In this document: piece after piece, positions 10,327-19,853 of the stretch
Position numbering within the stretch: the first letter of the stretch is position 1
Layout of the letters: every line of letters starts with the position of its first letter
NCBI GenBank assembly: GCA_949451655.1
Contig: CASTST010000002.1
Span: 2,201 to 66,200, forward strand
DNA: 64,000 nt
Origin: an uncultured Eubacteriales bacterium
GTDB taxonomy: Bacteria; Bacillota; Clostridia; Oscillospirales; CAG-272
Direction: 5' to 3'
Notes under the pieces: generated by a model
The model's database searches: none
What the model was told of the DNA's origin: nothing
Seen by the model: the letters and a program-made list of their open reading frames with translations, nothing else
Position numbers and translations under genes: made by a program

Positions 10327-10980
10327 TTAGGATGAGAAATACTGTTCCAGCATATCTTTTGCCCACTGAATAATTTCTTCTTGTGTATGCTCTGATTCAT
10401 TGAAAGATGACATTTCTGCATCGCTGAAATTACTAAGCGCATATCTTTCCAACAGAGGTCGTATATCATTGCTTTTTTTCTCAGCCAATACTGATCCAAC
10501 CTGATAGATGTAATCAATATTTTCAGTCAAGAGCATATTTGCCATAGCTTCATCAATGGCATTCATATAACCAAGATCATATCCATAAATATCCAAAAAT
10601 AATTTATAGGACCACATATCATAGGTGGAATCAAACCAGCTTAAGTATTTACTACCGTTTACAAAAATAATATGCTCTTGAAATTTATAAAAATTAGTGT
10701 TCCCAAAGTTTCCCAATTCCTCAAATGAGGAAAGTGGATCATCAGGCAGCGTTTCACTTTCTCTATCGGTAAACGAAATACGTCCTTCTAAATAATCACT
10801 ATCAATAATATAGTGGGGATACATTCCGTGCAAGTTCCCGCTGAGATAAATTTCAAAAGTAAGTTTGTCTCCCAACTCTGTTTCTAAATCATAAAATCTA
10901 TGTCTGTTACCACACCCGCTTAAAATAGGCATCAACATTAAGACAAGCAAAATTATCGAAATAGCTTTTTTTATTTTCAA
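10327..10980 (-). CDS. Putative RHS-toxin immunity lipoprotein
   Basis: 217 aa. Signal peptide with a lipobox (LMPILSGCGN). TTG start 1 nt after the RHS stop, with RBS GGAAGG inside the RHS 3' end. Very AT-rich. No recognisable family. Confidence 0.6.
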   Translation of the reverse strand: MKIKKAISIILLVLMLMPILSGCGNRHRFYDLETELGDKLTFEIYLSGNLHGMYPHYIIDSDYLEGRISFTDRESETLPDDPLSSFEELGNFGNTNFYKFQEHIIFVNGSKYLSWFDSTYDMWSYKLFLDIYGYDLGYMNAIDEAMANMLLTENIDYIYQVGSVLAEKKSNDIRPLLERYALSNFSDAEMSSFNESEHTQEEIIQWAKDMLEQYFSS

Positions 10981-10981
10981 A

Positions 10982-13900
10982 TTATCGCCTTCCTGCTTGT
11001 ATTGCTATATATTCTGCAAATCCTTTTGCAACATCCGGATATATGCCTTCGCTATAGGATGAATCAAACATTGTCTTAAATGTATTCGTCAAAAGACCAG
11101 GTGCGAGATATCCCGCGGCACAGCTTTCCAATGCACTTTGACTTCCGTTGAACCCTCTATCCAAAAATAAAGAATATCTAGCTTTGTAACTATCACCATA
11201 ATATGTATCTATTGCTTCATAAATAGGTGTCTCATTCATATAATCTGCAATCAAAAAAGCATCAATGTCGCCAAGCAAATCGCTTTTGGGGAAGGTAGAT
11301 TTATCGCTTTCCATAAAATCCATTACAGCTTGTACAATATCTGAACTAGAAGATATACCAAGGTCTTGCACATTTCCAGCCAACGTAATCAGATCACCTG
11401 CCCAGCCTGCATATGCATTAAAAGCATTATCCAAACTATCATCCAAGCTGAAAGTATAGTAATAATTTGCATTTAAAGTAGCCATCGAATGCACAAAGTC
11501 AATTTCAGCACCAGAAGATGGATCAATAAACACGGCAGTTTTTAAATAATCATACTCATGAAACTGCTCTAAGTACTTTTGCCCTCCTCTGTCAATTGGT
11601 CCTGCTATTACGCTCCATGCTAAACCTTTTGCGGCACTTGCATCATAAAATCTTTTACTAATTATAAACTTCAATACTGCGTCATTTGCATACCTTTGGA
11701 CATAACCGGTATTCTCAGGTGTATTATAATAGGAAAAAGCTAAATTATACAGTCCTTCCAGTCCTGATATTATACTTAAATTATTGCTGTATCCCCGCTC
11801 CGCGCTCAACCCAAAAGGATCCACAAACGAAATCGGGTTCCCATTGACATACGTATACAGATTCAAACTGGTCGAATCCGATATACTTCCATCCAGTATA
11901 TCCGCATTCATGAACCGCTTCAGCTGCGGATTGTAAAACCGCGTCCGCATGTACAACAGCCCATTGGGATCCGTCAGCACACCGTACTGCCCGTTGTAGC
12001 CGAAGATCAGCTTGCTGTCTCCCGTACGTTCAATCGTGCTTCCGTATGCGTCATACTTCAATGTGTCTGTCACATTGCCATCGATGTCTGTTACTGCAAC
12101 CACACTGCCACGGTAGTCGTAATGGTATACCATGTACTCCCCGTTGCATCGCGACCACAATAGTCCTTCCGTTCCATAGAAATAGCTGGTCTCATTCTCA
12201 TTGTGATCGCTCGTCCAGATCAGCCTGCTTCTTCCTCCCGAGCTGTCATACAGATACTGCATATTCGTATGATAGTAGTACATATTGATTCGGGTGCCGT
12301 CCGCATCATACCAGTATTCGTTATTGTCCCCGTCGATCTTTTTCAGGCGGTTGGTTACGTCATAGCTGATACTCACTTTCTTTCCCTGAATCTTGCAGGT
12401 GGTTGTATTTCCGTTCACCGTCACGCCGATTCCGTCTTCATTCATCTTGCTGATGCTGTTATTCTGATTGTATTTGTACGTGTTTGCTGTCCCATCCGGC
12501 GTTACTGCTGTCAGGATGTTTCCTGCTGCGTCATAGGTGAAGGTTTCCGTATGAATCGCTTCGTTGGTACGCAAATCATATTCCACGCGCTGCGTTACCC
12601 GTCCCAGACTGTCGTAGGTCATACGGTAGTCTATCATTTCTATGGGATTCAGTTCCGATGTGATTCTTCCCAGCGTGTCATAGGTGAAGATATTGATAAA
12701 CAGAATTTTTCCGGTCTTGTCTTTATCCGTCAGGATTTGCAGTCTGCCTGCGTTGTCGTAATTTTTCGTGACGGTTCCGCCATCAATATTGTTAACCTTA
12801 GTGACCTGATTCTGTTTATTGTACTCGTATGTGGTAGTGCAGTCCTCTCCTTCCACTCCGCTGGTCAGCATGTTGTGGTTCGCGTCATACGTATATACTG
12901 CTGCTTCTCCGGTTGCGTGCGTCATTTTGCACAGGTTCCCGCAGCAGTCGTATTCGTACCGGACGACTCTACCATAGACATCCGTATACTTTGTTACACG
13001 GTTCAACGCATCATATTCCCGCTTCACCGTTCCGGTCGAATCGGAGGCTGTTAGTACGTTTCCGTTTGCATCGTATGTATATTGGATCGTTCCGGCTCCG
13101 CCGTCCTTTGCCGTGATCCTTCCTGAAAGGTCGTAAGCATACTCCATTTCATAATAGAAGAACCCGGTTACTACGGCATTCAGCAATCCTGCTGCGTTAT
13201 AGTAATAGCTATCCTTGTAGTCTGTATGAGTACTGCCTTTTCTAAACATACGACCGGTGGAATCGTAGGCATATTCTTTTACATGCCCGCCGGGACCTGT
13301 CATAGACGTCAGGTTCCCCATGCCGTCATAAGTAGCATAACTGATTCCGCCCGCTTTGTCAATAGCTGAAATCATCTGACCTGCTCCGTTGTAGGTATAG
13401 GTCGCAGACTGATTCATCGCATTGGTTTCTTTTGTCAGATTGCCTGCCCAGTCATACGCATTGGTGGTTTTACTCCCTGCCGCGTTGGTCACCTGGGTAG
13501 CATTTCCCATGCTGTCATACACTGCCTGATAATCCACATGACCGGATGCATTTGTGATTTTCACAATATTGCCGAGGGCGTCATATTCCTGGGTTATGGT
13601 ATTTCCTTTTGCATCCGTCTGGGCTGTCATTCTACCAAGGGCGTCATACGTATAGGATACCACATGCCCACCGGGATCTTTTGTCGAAACAAGTCGATTC
13701 AAGCTGTCATAAGTATTTGTTGTGATCTGATTCAGCGCATTTGTCACTGTCAGCAGATTGTCTGCTTTGTCATAGGAATACGTTGTTGTATTTCCTCTGG
13801 GGTCGGTGACGATAAGCAGGTTTCCGAAGGCGTCGTATTTGTTGTTTGTTTTGTTGCCCATGGGATCCGTCACATAGATCAAGTCTCCCGCAGTGTTATA

Positions 13901-16744
13901 GGTATATACAGTTTCGCCGCCCTGGGAATTGACAGATTTTATCATCCGGCCATTGTTGTCGTAAGTATAGGAGGTGGTAACAGTAACATTTGTCATTGCC
14001 CAGTCCTCACCCTCATAATCTTCCGGATAATCAAAATCATAGTACGGATCATAAATCGTCAGGGGCTCCTTTGTTTTAGTGAGATTCCCCGCCGCGTCAT
14101 ACTCTTTCAGGATTACGCCGCCTTCTGCGTTTGTCGTTTTAACAACATTATTCGCCGCGTCATACTCGAATGCAGTGGTATTTCCGTCCCGGTCGGTCTG
14201 TTTTATCAGTCTGCCCCCTGCATCATAGGTATTGACTGCGGTTGTGCCATCGGGATAGCTTGTCCGGATCAGTCTGTCCTCGCCGTCATATGCATACCGG
14301 ATCGTTTTACCGTTGGGCAAAATCATAGAAGTCATTTTCAGGTTTCCGTTATAGGTATAGGAAGTGACGTTGCCTTTTGCATCGGTAGACTTCACAAGGC
14401 TGCCGCCTGCATCGTATTCCTTTGCAGTTACATTTCCTGCTGCGTCAGTAACCGTAAGCATATTGCCTTTGTTGTCGTAGGTATAGCTTGTGGTATTGTC
14501 CTGCGCGTCAGTGACAGACATCAAAAATCCGGCTTCATTATACGTTTTGGTTGTTGTTCTTCCCAGAGGATCTGTAACGGTCGTTGGCTGTCCTTTGGTA
14601 TATGCGTACGTAACGGTTCTGCTCGCATAAGATGCCTTGGTAAGCAGATTCTGTGCGTTATACGTATATGTAGTGGTAACGCCCCGCAGATCTTTGCTGG
14701 AGGTCAGCAGGTTTTTACTGTCATAGGTTTTGGTAACAGTGCCGCCGCCGGGGTATTGCACTTTAGTAAGGTTATTTTTTGCATCGTAGGTATATTCGGT
14801 TTTGTTTCCAAGTTTGTCTGTACTGGAAATCAGGTTATCCCGTGTATCGTATACATTTACGATGCTGTTGCCCAGTCCGTCTGTTTTTTTGGTCAGATTT
14901 CCGTGGGAGTCATATGTATATTTTGTTTCCGCGCCGTTCGGATCGGTTTTGCTGATAAGCTGTTTTTTATCATTGTACTTGTATACAGTTGTCTGCATGG
15001 TTCTGTCGGTAACGCTGACCAGCAGATAATCGGGATTTGTTGCTTCATCATAGCGGATGACCGTTTCCGTGTTATCCGCAATTGCGTCCTTCTGACTGAT
15101 TACTCGTCCTGCGCTGTCATAGGTATCTGTGAAATAGATAATACCGTTCTGATCGCGTCCCCGCTCGATCTGTCCCTTTTCGTTATACTGATAAGACAGG
15201 ACTTCTCCGTTTTCATCGGTAATGGAAACAAGATTGCCGTCAATGTATCCCAGCGTACAGGTTCTGCCCGTATTGTCCGTTACAGATGTGATTTTTCCGT
15301 CGCTGTTTTTCGTAAGCTGCATATATCTGCCGGAAACTTCGTCTGTAATTTTTATAGTATTGTTATTGGGATATGTGATCAACGTATTCAATCCGGTTTT
15401 GCCGGTGATTTTTATAAGTCTGCCGTGGTAATCGTAATATTCCGTAGACTGATCGCTGCAGTTTACAACGTAACTGGTATTCAGCCCGTCCGGGATCCTG
15501 GTCGCGGTGTAGTTTTGCTTTGTAACCGTATCGCTTTTAAATACATTGGCATCGGAAGCAGTCTTTTTATACACAGCATAATAGGCGGGACTGTCGTAAA
15601 TATAGAGTGCGTCGCCATCGTCTGCAATTTTCTTTTCAAAATTATGAGACCAGCCCCTGCCCACGGAGCCTTCTGTCAGCACGTTAGAGCGATAGCTGAT
15701 GCCAAAGCTCAGCGTCTGTGCGCCGGAAATGGTCATTAGTGTATGGTCGATCACATGTGCGCCGGTGCTGAGATCAATGAGATCTGCGTGATACTCGTCC
15801 TTCAGGGCAGGCTTTTTCGGTACTTCAACCGGTTCCTTCACTGTTGTATCCTTCGGTGGCGCAACCGCTGTACCGCCGCCGGAAGTCTTTGTAATTACAA
15901 TCGCCTGTTTGCCAAGGGCCGCGTATGCTTTCTCAACACTTGCCTTGGAATAGCCCTGTATTTTCTTTGCCATGGGATCGTTGAAGTAATAGTTGTTTTC
16001 ATCGTATCCAACCAACAAGAGACAGTGAAGCTTATTGTTATATGAAATAGATTCGCCGTCTGGAGTTACCCAGGTGTGCACCTTATATGTAGAAGTCATG
16101 CCGACCGTTGCCCACATAACAACAGGGATCCCTTTGTCAATATAAGTTGTGCATAAATTCTGCAAAGATGTTCCGGATGCATTGGTAGCTTTCACACCTA
16201 TTACATTTTCAAGCTTACCGACAGCTTTCATAATTACAGGAGAGAAGCATCCCCAGCTTTTGTCATTATAACCCGGAAACGGATTTCCCATGTATACTTT
16301 GTTTGGATTGGGTCCGCTGTTTCTTGATGGAGAAGGAGTGCTGGAAGTCCAATCCAAATAGTAGTTTAAAAAAGCCGACAAGCTTATTTTATCCGTACCA
16401 ACGGCATGCTGCAATGCCATAACGGTGCTGGCGCTTTCACAGCCGTTCGGCAGTTTTTCGTTAAACTGATTGATATAGGGGGCATCAATCAGTTTCGCAT
16501 TTTTCGATGGTGTCGGATCCATGCCTTTGCGCTCATAGATACGGATATCCAGCGCCTCAATCTTTTCTTTCGTAGACCAGCCGGCATTGGTTGTACCGGT
16601 ATCAAGAGCACCGGGAAGACCAAACTGATCTTGAATGGCTTCCATAACTGGCGGTTCCCCGTTGCTTGCCCAATCCAGCCACCCTCTGCCGGTAACCTTC
16701 GCGCGGTACATGAGGCGTTGGATTTTGCTGTAAATAACCTTCAT
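10982..16744 (-). CDS. RHS/YD-repeat polymorphic toxin with an N-terminal papain-like (peptidase C39-like) domain
   Basis: 1920 aa. N-terminal ChW-like fragment (YRAKVTGRGWLDWASNGE..IEALDIRIY). C39_2-like domain (PNGCESASTVMAL .. HCLLLVGYD). Pro-rich linker. Dozens of YD repeats (YTYDxxGN..). RHS core end DPNGLLYMRTRFYNPQLKRFMNADILDG..NLYTYVNGNPISFVDPFGL. Then a 274-aa unrecognised C-terminal tip (10985..11806). Confidence 0.9.
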   Translation of the reverse strand: MKVIYSKIQRLMYRAKVTGRGWLDWASNGEPPVMEAIQDQFGLPGALDTGTTNAGWSTKEKIEALDIRIYERKGMDPTPSKNAKLIDAPYINQFNEKLPNGCESASTVMALQHAVGTDKISLSAFLNYYLDWTSSTPSPSRNSGPNPNKVYMGNPFPGYNDKSWGCFSPVIMKAVGKLENVIGVKATNASGTSLQNLCTTYIDKGIPVVMWATVGMTSTYKVHTWVTPDGESISYNNKLHCLLLVGYDENNYYFNDPMAKKIQGYSKASVEKAYAALGKQAIVITKTSGGGTAVAPPKDTTVKEPVEVPKKPALKDEYHADLIDLSTGAHVIDHTLMTISGAQTLSFGISYRSNVLTEGSVGRGWSHNFEKKIADDGDALYIYDSPAYYAVYKKTASDANVFKSDTVTKQNYTATRIPDGLNTSYVVNCSDQSTEYYDYHGRLIKITGKTGLNTLITYPNNNTIKITDEVSGRYMQLTKNSDGKITSVTDNTGRTCTLGYIDGNLVSITDENGEVLSYQYNEKGQIERGRDQNGIIYFTDTYDSAGRVISQKDAIADNTETVIRYDEATNPDYLLVSVTDRTMQTTVYKYNDKKQLISKTDPNGAETKYTYDSHGNLTKKTDGLGNSIVNVYDTRDNLISSTDKLGNKTEYTYDAKNNLTKVQYPGGGTVTKTYDSKNLLTSSKDLRGVTTTYTYNAQNLLTKASYASRTVTYAYTKGQPTTVTDPLGRTTTKTYNEAGFLMSVTDAQDNTTSYTYDNKGNMLTVTDAAGNVTAKEYDAGGSLVKSTDAKGNVTSYTYNGNLKMTSMILPNGKTIRYAYDGEDRLIRTSYPDGTTAVNTYDAGGRLIKQTDRDGNTTAFEYDAANNVVKTTNAEGGVILKEYDAAGNLTKTKEPLTIYDPYYDFDYPEDYEGEDWAMTNVTVTTSYTYDNNGRMIKSVNSQGGETVYTYNTAGDLIYVTDPMGNKTNNKYDAFGNLLIVTDPRGNTTTYSYDKADNLLTVTNALNQITTNTYDSLNRLVSTKDPGGHVVSYTYDALGRMTAQTDAKGNTITQEYDALGNIVKITNASGHVDYQAVYDSMGNATQVTNAAGSKTTNAYDWAGNLTKETNAMNQSATYTYNGAGQMISAIDKAGGISYATYDGMGNLTSMTGPGGHVKEYAYDSTGRMFRKGSTHTDYKDSYYYNAAGLLNAVVTGFFYYEMEYAYDLSGRITAKDGGAGTIQYTYDANGNVLTASDSTGTVKREYDALNRVTKYTDVYGRVVRYEYDCCGNLCKMTHATGEAAVYTYDANHNMLTSGVEGEDCTTTYEYNKQNQVTKVNNIDGGTVTKNYDNAGRLQILTDKDKTGKILFINIFTYDTLGRITSELNPIEMIDYRMTYDSLGRVTQRVEYDLRTNEAIHTETFTYDAAGNILTAVTPDGTANTYKYNQNNSISKMNEDGIGVTVNGNTTTCKIQGKKVSISYDVTNRLKKIDGDNNEYWYDADGTRINMYYYHTNMQYLYDSSGGRSRLIWTSDHNENETSYFYGTEGLLWSRCNGEYMVYHYDYRGSVVAVTDIDGNVTDTLKYDAYGSTIERTGDSKLIFGYNGQYGVLTDPNGLLYMRTRFYNPQLKRFMNADILDGSISDSTSLNLYTYVNGNPISFVDPFGLSAERGYSNNLSIISGLEGLYNLAFSYYNTPENTGYVQRYANDAVLKFIISKRFYDASAAKGLAWSVIAGPIDRGGQKYLEQFHEYDYLKTAVFIDPSSGAEIDFVHSMATLNANYYYTFSLDDSLDNAFNAYAGWAGDLITLAGNVQDLGISSSSDIVQAVMDFMESDKSTFPKSDLLGDIDAFLIADYMNETPIYEAIDTYYGDSYKARYSLFLDRGFNGSQSALESCAAGYLAPGLLTNTFKTMFDSSYSEGIYPDVAKGFAEYIAIQAGRR
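11841..12958. repeat. 1.12-kb direct repeat, copy 2 (inside the main RHS gene)
   Basis: Counterpart of 9147..10264. Homology begins exactly at the codons for YVNG, just upstream of the DPFGL boundary. Confidence 0.9.
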
Positions 16745-16746
16745 TT

Positions 16747-17473
16747 GATTGACATAAACCCATGCAAAGGTGTTAAAACTCCAAAAGTATTACCGCCATC
16801 CATTAAAGTCTACACAGATACACATCAGCACCAGATAGAAAAAGCTGCGCTTGAGCACGAAAATGTAAATGCACTTATGGTGTTGATAGATTTGTATACC
16901 GGTTTAAGAATTGGGGAATTGTGCGGCTTAAAGTGGAGCGATTTTGGAAGGGATAAAGAATATTTTGATATTCACCGCATTATCGAACGGCTGAAAATTC
17001 AATGGGCTGAAAACCGCAGCGATTATCAAAGGATTTCTCTTATCAGTGCCCAACCGAACAGCAGCACTGCATTATATATTGGCACACCGAAGACCGAGCA
17101 GGGGAAGCGTAGAATATATACTTCCAGCCAAGCCGTTTTGGGATTTGAAAGGATAGAATCCTATCAAAAGAATAATGAAACTTATCGGGAAAATGGTTTT
17201 GTTTTTCTGCAAAGAAACGGGAATCCATATGAACCCAAGGCGTACAATGACCTGTATCGAGATGTTTTAAAATGCGCTGATGTTGACTACCGAAACTTTC
17301 ACACGCTGCGGCATACGTTCGCCACACGTGCATATGAGTTGGCATTCGACATTCCTACTTTATCAGAAATACTGGGGCATGCGCAAAAATCCACTACGGA
17401 AAACATGTACGGACATTCACTGGACGACACCAAAAAGAAAGCTATGACAAAGTTCAACAGAGGATTTTTATAA
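16747..17473 (+). pseudogene. 5'-truncated tyrosine recombinase (phage-integrase family) fragment
   Basis: Readable only from ..IDINPCKGVKTPK (end of the core-binding domain) through the catalytic domain (LYTGLRIGELCGLKWSDF, HTLRHTFATRAYE, LGHAQKSTTENMYGH). No N-terminal domain, and no plausible start or RBS. Upstream sequence is the antisense of the RHS 5' end. Confidence 0.75.
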
Positions 17474-17557
17474 TGAATATTATGCATAGAAAGGATAGTA
17501 CTGAATATGAGTGAAAAATACGGATAGCGGTCAAAGCATTGATTTGAAGAAAAGCAA

Positions 17558-17590
17558 AAATCCTTGAAAACTTAATGTTTTCAAGGATTC
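17558..17590 (-). terminator. Intrinsic terminator after the tRNA pair
   Basis: Hairpin ATCCTTGAAAAC-TTAAT-GTTTTCAAGGAT. On the minus strand it is followed by TTTTTGCTTTT. Confidence 0.7.
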
Positions 17591-17595
17591 CAAGT

Positions 17596-17673
<78 letters not shown>

Positions 17674-17701
17674 ATATTGATTTGTAATAGATTCCTGCCG
17701 T

Positions 17702-17790
17702 TGGTGCCGGAAACCGGAATCGAACCGGTACGCGACTTTCGTCGCATTGGATTTTAAGTCCAAGGCGTCTACCTATTCCGCCATTCCGGC
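17702..17790 (-). tRNA. tRNA-Leu (anticodon TAA)
   Basis: The reverse complement reads GCCGGAATGGCGGAATAGGTAGACGCCTTGGACTTAAAATCCAATGCGACGAAAGTCGCGTACCGGTTCGATTCCGGTTTCCGGCACCA. It has a long variable arm and anticodon loop CT-TAA-AA. Confidence 0.9.
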
Positions 17791-17884
17791 ACGCCGGTAC
17801 ACGCATTGGTCCGCTGCACACAAATAGGACCCTTGCAGTTTCAGAGAGGACACTCGGCAGAAGCGCCTCGCTTTGGACTCATTT

Positions 17885-17913
17885 AGTATACCATTGTATA
17901 CGGCAAATGTCAA
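17885..17913 (-). promoter_or_regulatory. Consensus-like promoter for the tRNA-Leu/tRNA-fMet operon
   Basis: Minus strand: TTGACA, 17 nt, TATACT with TGG immediately upstream (extended -10). About 90 nt upstream of the tRNA-Leu 5' end. Confidence 0.6.
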
Positions 17914-17920
17914 GAGCTTT

Positions 17921-19564
17921 TCATAAATTTTTCATCGACAGCGGATTTCGACCCCCGCTCCCATGATCCGTGCACCCATCCAGATCTTCTCCCCGCATCC
18001 GAAAAAATTCCCGACGCAGCATAGGAATCAAGGGCGCACACACACTCAAGGAAGTAATGCCAAAAGATAGAAGCATAGACAGCATCTCCGCATCCCCTGC
18101 CGCATCCCCGCAAAAATGGCACGGAATTTTTGCGGACTGCGCTTCTGATACGGCGTGACGGATTGCCCGCAATACGGGAAGCGCAGTATACATGTCCCCT
18201 CCCGCAATGGTTCTGGAACACGCCATGGTATACCGCATCAAATCTCCGGAGCCTATAGAGAAAAAATCCGATACAGCTGCCAGCCTGTCCGCAGCAAAAA
18301 CTGCTGCCGGTGTTTCAATCATAACGCCGACGGGCAGACTCGGCAAAGCTGTATACCCCCGACCTGCAAGCTCCTCCCGGCATTCCTTTATAAGCCGCCG
18401 CGTCTCTTCCACTTCGGATTTATCAGTTACCATTGGAAGAAGCAGCTGAACTGCATTATACTCCGCCGCAGTGCGCAAAACAGCGCGCAGTTGATTTTTG
18501 AACTGCTCTTTGTGAGCAAGACAATACCGGATTCCCCGTTGTCCTGTATAGATGTCCGGCGTTTTGTCCCAGCTTGGATCCAACGCACGGATGCATAGCG
18601 GCTGACCTGCTGAAAGATAAGACGCCGCTTTTTTATACTCTAAAACCTGCATTTCTTCATCCGACGCGCCTGCCGCAAACAAAAATTCGGTACGGAACAG
18701 CCCCACCCCCTCCGCACCTTGCAGGACGCCTGCCCGCACTTCCTCAGCAGAGGAAATATTGCAGAGGATTTGTATGGAACCCCCGTCTGCCGTCTGCAAT
18801 CTACCCGTGCCTGCCGTCGGCAAATGCGGCTTTGCACATTGCTGCTGCCATTCCTTGTGAAAGTACGTCTGGGAAGCCGGCTGCGGTGCAGCAATAACCC
18901 GCCCGGCAGATGCATCGCAGAGGATGTCCGTTCCGGCAGGCACCTGCAAAATCTCCGGAAGCTGCACAATGCATGGAATTCCCATTGCACGGATCAGAAT
19001 CGACCCATGAGAATGACTGCCGCCGTTTTGACAAAGGACGGCGGCAACCCTTTGCGGATTCAGGTGTGCGACCATAGCCGGAGACAGATCCTCAGCAATC
19101 AGCACCGTTTTTTCCGGAAGTGTTTTCAAAAACGAATATGTCTGCACATCGGCAAGGGCGTGCAGCAGTCCCAGACGTACATCCTCAAAATCTGCATATC
19201 TGTTTGGTACACGATTCCCCAGCTCCGTCCAAACCTGATCTATAGCGGATTCGGCACTACAGCCCTGCTCCAGAAGATTACAAATTTGCAGTTCTGCACC
19301 TTTATCCAAAGCAAGCGCCTGCTGAAGCAGGAGAATTTGCAAATCCTCCCCGGAGATAGCCCCTTCCAACTGCTTTGCCCGCTGCTCTGCCTGACGGCAA
19401 TAGCATTCCCGCGCCCGATAAAACCGTTCCTTTTCGCTGACAGGACTCAAAGGAGCGTCAGCATGGTATTCCCCGGGAAATAGGCGCATTACATATGCTT
19501 TTCCTTCCCCGAATCCGGGAGACACAGACACACCGCAATACCGTTTTTCCGAAAAGATTTTCAC
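17921..19564 (-). CDS. ptsI: Phosphoenolpyruvate-protein phosphotransferase (PTS enzyme I)
   Basis: GVSVSPGFGEGKAYV N-terminus, phospho-His region GGSHSHGSILIRAMGIP, and a PEP-utilising C-terminal domain with FFSIGSGDL and CGDAAGD. The likely GTG start at 19564 sits immediately after the HPr stop; the ORF track extends to 19642. Confidence 0.85.
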   Translation of the reverse strand: MKIFSEKRYCGVSVSPGFGEGKAYVMRLFPGEYHADAPLSPVSEKERFYRARECYCRQAEQRAKQLEGAISGEDLQILLLQQALALDKGAELQICNLLEQGCSAESAIDQVWTELGNRVPNRYADFEDVRLGLLHALADVQTYSFLKTLPEKTVLIAEDLSPAMVAHLNPQRVAAVLCQNGGSHSHGSILIRAMGIPCIVQLPEILQVPAGTDILCDASAGRVIAAPQPASQTYFHKEWQQQCAKPHLPTAGTGRLQTADGGSIQILCNISSAEEVRAGVLQGAEGVGLFRTEFLFAAGASDEEMQVLEYKKAASYLSAGQPLCIRALDPSWDKTPDIYTGQRGIRYCLAHKEQFKNQLRAVLRTAAEYNAVQLLLPMVTDKSEVEETRRLIKECREELAGRGYTALPSLPVGVMIETPAAVFAADRLAAVSDFFSIGSGDLMRYTMACSRTIAGGDMYTALPVLRAIRHAVSEAQSAKIPCHFCGDAAGDAEMLSMLLSFGITSLSVCAPLIPMLRREFFRMRGEDLDGCTDHGSGGRNPLSMKNL

Positions 19565-19565
19565 G

Positions 19566-19829
19566 CTATAACCCAGTTGTCCCACGCAAAAGATCCGCGG
19601 CGCGGTGAAGCATTTCTTCTTCATCGGGACCGTCGCATACAATCCGCACCTGTGCGCCGGTGCCGATCCCGGCGGAAATCAAACTTACAAGGCTTTTTCC
19701 GTCTGCCGTCCGATCCCCCGATTCCAGACGGATGCGGGAATCATACCCGGACATACGTGCCGCAAAGGTCATAGCGGGACGCAGATGCATACTCTGCCCG
19801 TTTTCCAATGTTACCGTTTCATAAACCAT
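19566..19829 (-). CDS. ptsH: Phosphocarrier protein HPr
   Basis: 87 aa. The active-site His context (GQSMHLRPA) and GKSLVSL (regulatory Ser context) match the HPr family. Confidence 0.85.
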   Translation of the reverse strand: MVYETVTLENGQSMHLRPAMTFAARMSGYDSRIRLESGDRTADGKSLVSLISAGIGTGAQVRIVCDGPDEEEMLHRAADLLRGTTGL

Positions 19830-19853
19830 ATCGGTTCCTGCCTCCTCTGATTT

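Noticed and set aside
13538-15739. 733-aa ORF on the + strand inside the RHS locus (also 12203..13054 and 9509..10297)
   Set aside because: It is antisense to the YD-repeat coding region. The biased, repetitive codon usage of the RHS gene removes stop codons on the opposite strand. The translation is Cys/Ile/Val-rich nonsense with no motifs.
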